Assembly (NCBI GenBank): GCA_030040095.1 | Contig: JASHUI010000526.1 | Coordinates: 1-34,479 of the forward strand | Origin: Streptosporangiaceae bacterium | GTDB taxonomy: Bacteria; Actinomycetota; Actinomycetes; Streptosporangiales; Streptosporangiaceae | DNA length: 34,479 nt | Direction: 5' to 3' | Part shown: positions 24,420-32,836 of the stretch, piece after piece | How positions within the stretch are numbered: the stretch's first letter is position 1 | Layout of the letters: each line of letters begins with the position of its first letter | Made by a program: the position numbers and the translations under genes | The notes under the pieces: generated by a model | Database searches by the model: none | Seen by the model: only the letters and a program-made list of their open reading frames with translations | Told to the model about the DNA's origin: nothing

Positions 24420-26227
24420 CCAGCAGCACCACCATGGGCCATCCGGCGCCGCCGGCCGTGTCGGCAGCGACCGTCCCGGCGCTGTTCGCGCGGCGGGTCC
24501 GCCGCGATCCGGACTCGGTCGCCGTCGACGCGGCCGAAGGCCAGGTAAGCGCCCGCGAACTCGACGAGCTGTCCGACCGGCTGGCCGCGCGGCTCGCCGC
24601 CGCCGGCGTCGGGCCGGAGGTGCTCGTCGGGATCTGCGCCGAACGGGGGGTGCGGCTCATCGTGGGCCTGCTCGCCATCCTGAAGGCGGGCGGCGCCTAC
24701 GTCCCGCTCGATCCCGGGTACCCGGCGCCGCGGCTTGCCTTCATGCTGGCCGACGCGCGGCCGCGGGTCATGCTGACCGAACGGGCGCTGCGCGGCGTGC
24801 TTCCGGCGGACGAACGCGTGCCCGTGATCGAGCTGGAGGCGGCGGACGAGGACGCCGCGAACGCGCCGGCCAGTGCGGTGTCCGCGGACAACCTCGCCTA
24901 TGTGATGTACACGTCGGGCACCACCGGTCGCCCGAAGGGCGTCGGTGTCACCCACCGCGGCATCGTCCGGCTGGTGGAGAACCCGAACTACGTCCGGCTC
25001 GACCCCGCCGAGTCCGTGTTGCAGTACGCGCCGATCTCCTTCGACGCGTCCACCTTCGAGATCTGGGGCGCGCTGCTGAACGGCTGTCGCCTCGTGATGG
25101 CCCCGCCCGGCATAGGCTCGGCCGACGAGCTGGGCGAGATCATCGAGGCGAAGGCGGTGACCACCCTATGGCTGACCGCGCCGCTGTTCCATCTCCTGGT
25201 CGAACAGCGGCCAGGGTGCCTGCGCGGCGTGCGCCAGCTTCTCGCGGGCGGAGACGTCGTCTCGCCGGCCCACGCGGCCCGCGCGCTCGCGGTGTCCGAC
25301 GGCCTGACCGTCATCAACGGGTACGGTCCGACGGAGACGACGACGTTCGCGTGCTGCCACCCGATGCACGGCGGGGTCGATGCGACCGCTCCGCTGCCCA
25401 TCGGCAGGCCGATCTCCGCGACCGACGCGCACATCCTCGACGAGGATCTGGCGCCGGTGCCCGACGGCGTGGCGGGCGAGCTCTATGTCGGAGGGGCAGG
25501 GCTGGCGCGCGGGTACCTGAACCAGCCGGGGACGACCGCGGAACGCTTCCTGCCGGACCCGGTGAGCGAGGCTCCCGGCGCCCGGATCTACCGGACCGGC
25601 GACCGAGCCCGCCGCCGCGACGACGGCACCGTCGAATTCCTCGGGCGGGCCGACCGGCAGGTCAAGATCCGCGGCTTCCGGGTTGAGCCCGCCGAGGTCG
25701 AGACCGTCATCACCGGGCACGACGCCGTCGGCCAGTGCGTGGTCGTGCCCTGGGACCGCGGCGGTGAACGGACGCTGGTCGCGTACGTGGTGCTGCGGTC
25801 TGCTGTTGACGTGGCGACGGAGCTACGGGAGTTCGTCGCCGCGCGGGTGCCTGACCACCTGGTCCCCGCGCGGTTCGTCACCGTCCCCGGGCTGCCTCTC
25901 GACGTCAACGGCAAGATCGACCGCGCTGCGCTGCCCGCGCCGTCGGAGAGCGGCCCCGCCGGCGCCTACGTCGCGCCCGCGACGGCGCTCGAACGGCTGG
26001 TCGCCGACATCTGGATGGCGGTGCTGGGGCTCGACCGGGCCGGCGTCGAGGATAGCTTCGTGGACGCGGGCGGCGACTCCCTCGCCGCGGCGAGAATCGT
26101 GGCCCGTCTCCGGCGGACGCTCGGGCTGGGGTTCTCTGTCGACATGATTCTCCAGGCGGCGACGATCCGCCGGCTCGCCGCCGACATCGAGGCGCGGATG
26201 TCTGCCTCGCTCGACGCCGACGCATGA
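24416..26227 (+). CDS. NRPS initiation module, A-T (adenylation + peptidyl carrier protein)
   Basis: Adenylation cores present are LKAGGAYVPLD, YVMYTSGTTGRPKGV, FDASTFE, NGYGPTE, GELYVGGAGLARGY, YRTGD and GKIDR. The carrier motif is GGDSL. The hand-extracted Stachelhaus code DAFWLGGTFK is close to Val codes. There is no C, E or TE domain. Confidence 0.93.
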   Translation: MTSSTTMGHPAPPAVSAATVPALFARRVRRDPDSVAVDAAEGQVSARELDELSDRLAARLAAAGVGPEVLVGICAERGVRLIVGLLAILKAGGAYVPLDPGYPAPRLAFMLADARPRVMLTERALRGVLPADERVPVIELEAADEDAANAPASAVSADNLAYVMYTSGTTGRPKGVGVTHRGIVRLVENPNYVRLDPAESVLQYAPISFDASTFEIWGALLNGCRLVMAPPGIGSADELGEIIEAKAVTTLWLTAPLFHLLVEQRPGCLRGVRQLLAGGDVVSPAHAARALAVSDGLTVINGYGPTETTTFACCHPMHGGVDATAPLPIGRPISATDAHILDEDLAPVPDGVAGELYVGGAGLARGYLNQPGTTAERFLPDPVSEAPGARIYRTGDRARRRDDGTVEFLGRADRQVKIRGFRVEPAEVETVITGHDAVGQCVVVPWDRGGERTLVAYVVLRSAVDVATELREFVAARVPDHLVPARFVTVPGLPLDVNGKIDRAALPAPSESGPAGAYVAPATALERLVADIWMAVLGLDRAGVEDSFVDAGGDSLAAARIVARLRRTLGLGFSVDMILQAATIRRLAADIEARMSASLDADA

Positions 26228-26240
26228 GGGAGGGCCCCCG

Positions 26241-29200
26241 ATGACCGCGGAACCTCGAGGCGGCCAGGCCCACGACGAGCTGCTCGAACGGTGGCTGCGG
26301 AGCGGTCGCGCCGACGCGGAGCGGATCTCGCCGCGCCCCGGCGCAGGTCCGGCGGAGGCATCGCTCAGCCAGCGCCGCCTGTGGCTGGTCGATAAGCTGG
26401 AGCCGGGCAACGCGGCGTACAACATCCACGAGGCGCTGCGCATCCGCGGCCCGCTCGACACCGGGGCGCTGCGGCGGAGCATCGCCGTCATCGTCGACCG
26501 GCACGCGACCCTGCGGACCACGCTCCGGCCGGACGGCGACCGGCTGGTCCAGCACATCGCGGGCCCGGGCCGGTTCGAGGTGCCACTGGTCGACCTGACC
26601 ACGTCGGCGAGCAAGGCCGGGGACGCGGCCGTGCACGCGCTCGCCACGGCGGAGGCGGGCGCGCCCTTCGACCTGGCGGCCGGCCCGCTGTTCCGGGCGC
26701 GCCTGCTGCGGCTGGGCGACGACGACCACGTACTGCTGCTGACGACCCATCACACGATGTCGGACGGTGTGTCGGTGGTGCTGTTCAAGGCGGAGCTGGC
26801 CGAGCTTTACGAGGCCGCGGTCCTGGGGCGCCGCCCGGTCCTGCCCGACCTGCCGATCCAGTACGCGGACTTCGCCGTGTGGCAGCGCGACTGGCTCCGG
26901 GGCGAGCGGCTCGAGCGGCTGCTCGACTACTGGCGCGCCCATCTGCGCGGCCTGCCTCCCGTCATCGAGCTGCCGACCGACCGGCCGCGCCCGCCCGAGG
27001 CGAGCCCGGCGGGCCGGCGCCTCTGGTTCGACGTCGACAGCGGGACGGCCGAGCGCATGCGCGCCTTCAGCCGCGGCGAGGGCGTCACGTTGTTCACCAC
27101 CGCGTTCGCCGCGTACGTGACCCTGCTGCACCGGTACTGCGGGAGCACCGACATCGCCGTGGGCACGGTCGTGGCGAACCGGGACCGGGTGGAGATCGAG
27201 AACCTCATCGGGTTCTTCGTCAACACGCTGGCGGTGCGCTGCGACTGCTCCGGCGATCCCTCGTTCCGCGAGCTGGTCGCGCGGGTGAACACGACGCTGG
27301 CCGGCGCGCACGCGCATCAGGACCTGCCGTTCGAGCTGCTGGTCGAGGAGCTGCGGCCGGAGCGGAGCACCGGCCACTCGCCGGTGTTCCAGGTAATATT
27401 CGCGTTCCAGGAGCGGGGCACGGACACCGGCGGCGCACTGCACGGGCTCGACGTCGAAGAGCTCAGGATCGACAACCGCACCGCCGCCTTCGACCTCGCG
27501 TTCTCGCTGGAGGAGCGGGACGACGGCTCGATCGCGGGCTGGCTGACCTACGCCACCGCGCTGTTCGACGAGGTCAGCGTGCGGCGGCTGGTGGGCCATT
27601 TCCTGATGCTCGTCCGGGAGACGGCCGCCTGCCCTGACGCCAGGCTCAGCGAGTTCCCCCTGTTGCCCGCCGAGGAACGCGACAAGGTGCTGCTGGACTG
27701 GAACCGGACCCGATGCGACTACCCGCGGGGGGCGCGGATCCAGGATCTCGTCGACGCGCGGGCCGCGCTGTCGCCGGACAAGCCGGCGGTGGTCTCCGAC
27801 ACGGCCAGTCTCACCTTCGCCGAGCTGGTCATCCGGGCGAACCAGCTCGCGCACTTCCTGCAACACCGCGGGGTGGGCCCGGAGACACCCGTCGCGCTGC
27901 TGACCGAGCGTACCGTCGACATGGCAGTCGCCCAGCTGGGCGTGCTCAAGGCGGGCGGCGGGTACGTACCGCTCGACCCGGCGTACCCGGCGGCGCGCCT
28001 GGCTTACATCCTGCGCGACACCGGCACCCGCATCATCCTGACCGAGTCCTCCGTCGCGGCGACCGTGCCGGCCGGTGACTACGAGGTGGTGGTGCTGGAC
28101 CAGCAGTGGCCGCAGATCGCCAAGGAGCCGCAGACGGCGCCGCCGACCACGGCGACCGATGCCAACCTGGCCCAGATCTACTACACCTCGGGGTCGACCG
28201 GAGAGCCGAAGGGGGTCCTGCTCAGCCACGAGGGCTGGTCGAACATCATCGCCTGGCACGGCCGCTACTTCGGCGTGACGCCACGCGACCGCGCCGCGCA
28301 GGTGGGCGCCGTCGCTTTCGACGCCTGCGCCTGGGAGCTGTGGACCAACCTCGTCGCGGGAGCGACCGTGTGCATCCCCGCCGAGGAGGTGCGGGTGTCG
28401 GCGGAGAAGCTGGTGGAGTGGATGGCCCAGCAGGAGATCACCGTCTCCTGGGTGCCCGCGGTACTCGCCGAGCAGATCCTGGACCTGCCGCTGCCGGGCA
28501 AGCTCAGGCTGCGCTGGCTGGCCTCGGGCGGCGACCGGCTGCGGCGGCGGCCCGGGCGGCGGCTGCCGTTCCGGTTCTTCAACATGTACGGGCCCACCGA
28601 GATCACGATCATGCGCACCTGCGGGCCGGTGCGCCCGGACGGCCGTGACCTGCCGCCGATCGGGTACCCGATCTCCAACAGCGAGCTCTACGTGCTCGAC
28701 CGCTGGGGTAACCCGGTGCCGCCCGGCCTGCCCGGAGAGCTGTACATCGGCGGGGTGGGGCTGGCGCGCGGGTACCTCGGGCGGCCCGGCCAGAGCGCCG
28801 AGAAGTTCGTCCCCGACCCGTTCTCGGGACGGGCCGGCGCCAGGCTGTACCGGACCGGCGACATCGTCCGGCACGACCCGGACGGCGCGATCGCCTTCAT
28901 CGGGCGCACCGACCATCAGGTGAAGATCCGGGGCTTCCGGGTCGAGCTCGGGGAGATCGAGGCGGTACTGGAGAAGCATCCCGGCGTCGCCAGATGCTGC
29001 GTCGTCCGGCACGACCGGCCCGGCGGCGACGCGCGGATCGTCGCCTACGTGGTCGCCGCGGACGGCGGGGTGGACGCCGCCGAGCTGAGCGACGCGGTGG
29101 CCGAGCAGCTGCCCGGTTACATGGTGCCCTCATCGTTCATCTTCCAGGAGGCCTTGCCGATAGGCGCGTTCGGAAAGGTCGACCGCACCGCCCTGCCGGA

Positions 29201-29462
29201 CCCGGACGAGGCGGAGAGATCGGCGGGCGACGCGCCGCAGACCGCCACCGAGCGTGCGCTGAGCCGGATCTGGGCCGAGATCCTCGAGGTGCCCGAGGTC
29301 GGCGTGACCGTGAACTTCTTCGCCCTCGGCGGGAACTCCCTGCTCGCCACGAAGGTGGTCGCGCGGATGCGGAAAGAGTTTCCGCAGGAGATTCCGCTGC
29401 GCAGGCTGTTCCTCGCCCCGACCATCCGTCGGCTCGCCGCGTGGCTCGATCGCCCCGCCTGA
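26241..29462 (+). CDS. NRPS elongation module, C-A-T, without a terminal release domain
   Basis: The C domain has LSQRRLWLVDKL (LCL-type C1) and HHTMSDGVS (HHxxxDG). A cores are YYTSGSTGEPKGV, FDACAWE, NMYGPTE, GELYIGGVGLARGY, YRTGD and GKVDR. The carrier motif is GGNSL. The hand-extracted code DAWWAGMIMK is not one I recognise. Confidence 0.95.
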   Translation: MTAEPRGGQAHDELLERWLRSGRADAERISPRPGAGPAEASLSQRRLWLVDKLEPGNAAYNIHEALRIRGPLDTGALRRSIAVIVDRHATLRTTLRPDGDRLVQHIAGPGRFEVPLVDLTTSASKAGDAAVHALATAEAGAPFDLAAGPLFRARLLRLGDDDHVLLLTTHHTMSDGVSVVLFKAELAELYEAAVLGRRPVLPDLPIQYADFAVWQRDWLRGERLERLLDYWRAHLRGLPPVIELPTDRPRPPEASPAGRRLWFDVDSGTAERMRAFSRGEGVTLFTTAFAAYVTLLHRYCGSTDIAVGTVVANRDRVEIENLIGFFVNTLAVRCDCSGDPSFRELVARVNTTLAGAHAHQDLPFELLVEELRPERSTGHSPVFQVIFAFQERGTDTGGALHGLDVEELRIDNRTAAFDLAFSLEERDDGSIAGWLTYATALFDEVSVRRLVGHFLMLVRETAACPDARLSEFPLLPAEERDKVLLDWNRTRCDYPRGARIQDLVDARAALSPDKPAVVSDTASLTFAELVIRANQLAHFLQHRGVGPETPVALLTERTVDMAVAQLGVLKAGGGYVPLDPAYPAARLAYILRDTGTRIILTESSVAATVPAGDYEVVVLDQQWPQIAKEPQTAPPTTATDANLAQIYYTSGSTGEPKGVLLSHEGWSNIIAWHGRYFGVTPRDRAAQVGAVAFDACAWELWTNLVAGATVCIPAEEVRVSAEKLVEWMAQQEITVSWVPAVLAEQILDLPLPGKLRLRWLASGGDRLRRRPGRRLPFRFFNMYGPTEITIMRTCGPVRPDGRDLPPIGYPISNSELYVLDRWGNPVPPGLPGELYIGGVGLARGYLGRPGQSAEKFVPDPFSGRAGARLYRTGDIVRHDPDGAIAFIGRTDHQVKIRGFRVELGEIEAVLEKHPGVARCCVVRHDRPGGDARIVAYVVAADGGVDAAELSDAVAEQLPGYMVPSSFIFQEALPIGAFGKVDRTALPDPDEAERSAGDAPQTATERALSRIWAEILEVPEVGVTVNFFALGGNSLLATKVVARMRKEFPQEIPLRRLFLAPTIRRLAAWLDRPA

Positions 29463-29484
29463 TGGCCGCGCGAGAGGAGAGACG

Positions 29485-30234
29485 ATGAGGAGCGACTGGC
29501 TGCGGTGCCAGAAACCACGGCCGGAGCCGTCGGTGCGTATGATATGTGCGGCCCACTCCGGCGGCGCGGCGTCGATGTTCGGGAAATGGCACGAGCACCT
29601 GCCGGAGAACATCGAGGTCTGGGCCGTCCAGTCACCGGGCCGGGAGGACCGCTTCACGGACCCGCCGGTGGGCAGCATCGACGCGATCGTCGATGCCATC
29701 GGGCCGGACGTCATGACGCTGGGACGCGACGCCGAGCTCGTACTGCTCGGGAACTGCCTGGGGGCCCTGGTGATGTACGAGCTCACGCGCTGGCTGCGCG
29801 ACCGGGGCGCCCTGGACCCGAGACTGCTCGTGGTCGCGGCGCATCCGGCGCCGCCGCTCACGGACCCGCCCGCCGACCCGCCGTTCCATCAGCGGCCTGA
29901 CGCGGAGCTGGTCCGGGAGGTCGGCAAGTGGGCGGGGGTGGACCCGGAGCTGACCCGCGATCCCGAGATCCAGGAACTGCTGGTGCCGGCGTTCCGGGCG
30001 GACGCCCAGGCGCATGAGACCTACCGGCACCGGCCAGGAGAGCCGTTCAGCTGCGACATCCTCACCGTCGGTGGCCTTGACGACGCGGACGTGCCGCAGG
30101 ATGCACTGCGCGCGTGGTCCGGGGAGACCCTCGGCAATTTCACCCTGAGAATGTTCACCGGGGGCCACCTCTTCATGCTCACCGAGTACGCCGGGCTCCT
30201 GTCGTTGATCTGTCAGTTGCTCGCCATCGAGTGA
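29485..30234 (+). CDS. Standalone type II-like thioesterase with Cys in the nucleophile position (GNCLG)
   Basis: 249 aa with an alpha/beta-hydrolase TEII layout: MICAAHSGGAASMF..., WAVQSPGRE, the nucleophile elbow LLGNCLGAL (TGC at 29755-29757, Cys91) and the C-terminal FTGGHLFML His motif. Strong SD (GAGAGGAGAG). Confidence 0.88.
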   Translation: MRSDWLRCQKPRPEPSVRMICAAHSGGAASMFGKWHEHLPENIEVWAVQSPGREDRFTDPPVGSIDAIVDAIGPDVMTLGRDAELVLLGNCLGALVMYELTRWLRDRGALDPRLLVVAAHPAPPLTDPPADPPFHQRPDAELVREVGKWAGVDPELTRDPEIQELLVPAFRADAQAHETYRHRPGEPFSCDILTVGGLDDADVPQDALRAWSGETLGNFTLRMFTGGHLFMLTEYAGLLSLICQLLAIE

Positions 30235-30283
30235 GCGCCCGGCCCTGGGCTGCGTGACCTCTCGATCCGGCACAGGAGAGCGC

Positions 30284-31552
30284 ATGGAGAAGGCGGGATC
30301 GCCAGCCCTTCTGGGGCCGAGTACGCCCGGATTCTCCTGGAAGCGGCTGCTCTGGCGGCTGCTGGGAGATCGCGTCGAAGACGACCTGCTCGCCTACATG
30401 GCGATGCTGTTCATGGCGGTGGCCTCGCAATACGCCGTGATAGCCATCTTCCCCATCTGGGCGGTCTCCCGGTTGGCAACTTCGAGCGCCACCGTCGGGC
30501 TGGGCTTCGCCGTCGGCGGGGCGCTCGCCGCCCTGGCGGCTCCGCTCGGCGGCCGGGTCTCGGACCGGATCGGGCGGCGCCGGGTCATCATGGCCGGCCT
30601 GCTGGCCACCACCGCCGCGCCGCTGCTGCTCGTGGGACCCGTGCCCGGCCCGGTGATCGGGCTGGGCGTGTACGTGGTCTGCTGCGTGGGCGTGGCCGTA
30701 CGGTGGGCCGCGCAGCAGGCCCTCGTCGGCGACCTCGTCGCGCGGTCGGGACGGGAGCAGGGCTTCGCCGCGGTGCGCGTGGCGTACAACGCCGGCGCCG
30801 GCGTGGGCCCGCTTCTCGCCTCCGTTCTGGTGCTCCTCGACTTCCGGGCCGTGTTCGTCGCGGCCTCCGCGCTCTCGGTGGGCGCGCTGCTCTTCCTGCG
30901 GGCGGTGCCCGACCCGCGCCGGGCGAAGGCGGCCGACCTGACGTCCAGGCCCCGCGCATGGACCCTGCTGAGTTCGCCCGCGATGATGCTCGCGATTCTG
31001 GCCAGCCTGTTTGCCTGGTGCGTGTACCAGGCCTTCGAGTTGCTGCTGCCGATCTCGCTCACCAAGTCGCACGGGTATCCGCCGTACGCCTGGGGGCTGC
31101 TGTTCGCCATCAACCCCCTTCTCGTCACGGTGTTCCAGGTCAGGGTCGTGCGATGGACGTCGGCCATTCCCCGCTACATCAAGCTCTCAGGGGCCTGCCT
31201 GCTGATGGGGCTGCCGTTCCTCATCGTGCCGGCCGACGCCGCCGTGCCGCTGATCGCGCTGCTGCTGGTGCTGTTCACCCTGGGCGAGATGTCGTTCGGC
31301 CCGGTGAATCAGGCGATGATCACCGACATCGCCCCGCCCGACCTGCGCGGCGCCGCCATGGGCCTGCTCGCCGCGACCAGCTCGGTCTCGGTCGCGCTGA
31401 CGCCCGCGTTCGGGCTGGGCGTCCGTTCCGCCTGGGGCGACAGCGCGATGTGGTTCGTGATCGCCGGGTTGAGCGTGACCGCCGCGGCGCTGTTCTTCGG
31501 TCTCACCCGGAAGATAACCGCCGCCACGGTGGACGAGGCCGCCGACAGCTAG
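30284..31552 (+). CDS. MFS transporter (probable product exporter)
   Basis: About 12 predicted hydrophobic spans. The MFS loop 2-3 motif is GGRVSDRIGRRRV. It is the last gene of the operon. The ATG at 30284 is preferred over the GTG at 30254. Confidence 0.9.
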   Translation: MEKAGSPALLGPSTPGFSWKRLLWRLLGDRVEDDLLAYMAMLFMAVASQYAVIAIFPIWAVSRLATSSATVGLGFAVGGALAALAAPLGGRVSDRIGRRRVIMAGLLATTAAPLLLVGPVPGPVIGLGVYVVCCVGVAVRWAAQQALVGDLVARSGREQGFAAVRVAYNAGAGVGPLLASVLVLLDFRAVFVAASALSVGALLFLRAVPDPRRAKAADLTSRPRAWTLLSSPAMMLAILASLFAWCVYQAFELLLPISLTKSHGYPPYAWGLLFAINPLLVTVFQVRVVRWTSAIPRYIKLSGACLLMGLPFLIVPADAAVPLIALLLVLFTLGEMSFGPVNQAMITDIAPPDLRGAAMGLLAATSSVSVALTPAFGLGVRSAWGDSAMWFVIAGLSVTAAALFFGLTRKITAATVDEAADS

Positions 31553-31584
31553 TGCCCCATCTGCCCGGTCCGCGCGGCCGGGAA

Positions 31585-31647
31585 TGTTCACCGGACGTTT
31601 CGCGGACGATCGGGTGGAGTTGGGCCGACGGGGTTAAGGTTCGCGCC
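31585..31647 (+). repeat. Conserved 63-nt leader, copy A (upstream of PH-domain gene A)
   Basis: It aligns without gaps to 32157-32219 with 48/63 identical positions (hand alignment). The core block is ACGATCGGGTGG-GTTGG, and both copies end exactly at the ATG. Confidence 0.6.
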
Positions 31648-32130
31648 ATGCCATGGGCTCCAGGATGGCCCCCGGTTACCTTCAAGCCGGTGCAGTACCG
31701 TCGCGGTTCGCAGGTGCTCGGCGGGATAGGCGCCGTGGCAGGCGGCATTGGCGCGATCGCTTTCGCCAGGAAGGACGGGGCGTTCCTCGCCGTCGTTGGC
31801 GTTCTCCTGGTCGTGTTCGGCGTGGTGTCCCTGGTCGGCCGGCGCGGGCAGACCACGATCGACGGCCGGGGCCTCTACGCGTCGTCGCCGTTCGGCCGGC
31901 ACTCGTGCCAGTGGTCCGAGGTCGCCGGCATCCGCCTGGATGTCAACGACAAGGGCGAGGATCCGGTGGTATCCACGATCAAGATTGACCTGCATGGCGG
32001 GCGGACGTTCACCTTGCCGGTGCCCAGGGACCACGAGCATGGCAGCCACCACGACAACCCGGATTTCCCTCGTCAGCTTGCCACGATCCGCCGTTACTGG
32101 CAGGAGAACGGCGGTCCTGTCCAGCCATAG
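31648..32130 (+). CDS. Membrane-anchored bacterial PH-domain protein, paralog A
   Basis: 160 aa. Two hydrophobic helices (GGIGAVAGGIGAIAF, AFLAVVGVLLVVFGVVSLV) are followed by TIDGRGLYASSPFGRHSCQWSEVAGIRL...GGRTFTLPVP...HDNPDFPRQLATIRRYW, the pattern of bPH (low-molecular-weight-antigen-like) domains. Confidence 0.6.
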   Translation: MPWAPGWPPVTFKPVQYRRGSQVLGGIGAVAGGIGAIAFARKDGAFLAVVGVLLVVFGVVSLVGRRGQTTIDGRGLYASSPFGRHSCQWSEVAGIRLDVNDKGEDPVVSTIKIDLHGGRTFTLPVPRDHEHGSHHDNPDFPRQLATIRRYWQENGGPVQP

Positions 32131-32156
32131 TGAACCCGGGCCCTTTCCTGCGGTGC

Positions 32157-32219
32157 TGTTCACGGGGCGTTCCGGGCACGATCGGGTGGCGTTGGCCCGG
32201 CGGAGTTAGCGTGTGCGTT
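32157..32219 (+). repeat. Conserved 63-nt leader, copy B (upstream of PH-domain gene B)
   Basis: See copy A. It has the same length, the same distance to the ATG and 76% identity. Confidence 0.6.
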
Positions 32220-32765
32220 ATGGCGTCACCCGGGCCATATCAGCCGGTCACCTTCGAGGCGAACAGGACCCAGCGTGCCAAGCGGCGGGCCACCGGTTTC
32301 CTTTTCCTGGCGGCCGGCGTCGGCATGATCGCGTTCTCCGGCAGGGCGGGTACGGGCAGGGCCACGGCCGGCCTCATCGTGGCGGGCCTCTGCTTCGCCG
32401 CGCTCGGTGTGCTGGGGCTGGTGAGCCGCCGCGCGTACACCGTGATCGATGCCGAGGGCATCAACACGTCGGGGCTGTGGGGGCGGCGTTCGTGCCGCTG
32501 GATAGACGTCACCGACGTCGAGCTGAAGATCGACGCCAACGACGGTCCGCCCATGCTGTACCACATCAAGATTCACCGCCGCGGCGGCCGCTCGTTCACC
32601 CTTCCCGCGCCTACCGACTCCGCCACCAGGGACCGGCACGACAACCCGGAGTTCAGGCAGCAACTGGCTGTGATCAACAGCTACTGGCTGAACGGGGCCG
32701 GGCCACAGGACCCAGGACGAGCGAAAGCGCCTCGCAAGGCGCGATTCCCACATGGCCGCGGGTAA
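32220..32765 (+). CDS. Membrane-anchored bacterial PH-domain protein, paralog B
   Basis: 181 aa with the same architecture and conserved blocks as paralog A: PVTF, IAF, LVSRR, VIDAEGI, GRRSCRW, IKI, GGRSFTLPAP, HDNPEFRQQLAVINSYW. Confidence 0.6.
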   Translation: MASPGPYQPVTFEANRTQRAKRRATGFLFLAAGVGMIAFSGRAGTGRATAGLIVAGLCFAALGVLGLVSRRAYTVIDAEGINTSGLWGRRSCRWIDVTDVELKIDANDGPPMLYHIKIHRRGGRSFTLPAPTDSATRDRHDNPEFRQQLAVINSYWLNGAGPQDPGRAKAPRKARFPHGRG

Positions 32766-32789
32766 CGATCAGCCATCCCTCTCGCGGAC

Positions 32790-32823
32790 GCTGAAGAGGC
32801 CGGTGTCAGCCGCTTCAGCTGAC
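32790..32823. terminator. Inverted repeats between convergent genes (possible bidirectional terminator)
   Basis: GCTGAAG (32790-32796) pairs with CTTCAGC (32813-32819). An alternative pairing is GTCAGC (32805-32810) with GCTGAC (32818-32823). There is no clear U-tract. Confidence 0.3.
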
Positions 32824-32836
32824 AGACGCCGACCTT

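Noticed and set aside
31553-31584. Rho-independent terminator after the MFS gene (CCCGG...CCGGG)
   Set aside because: There are only about 5-7 paired bases with internal mismatches, and no following T-tract. This is not supportable from sequence alone.
31575-31620. SigR/ECF-type promoter (GGAAT-N18-GTT) in the leader of PH gene A
   Set aside because: GGAAT is present at 31581-31585, but the -10 GTT is not at the required spacing. The paralogous leader B also lacks the GGAAT, so the conserved element is something else.
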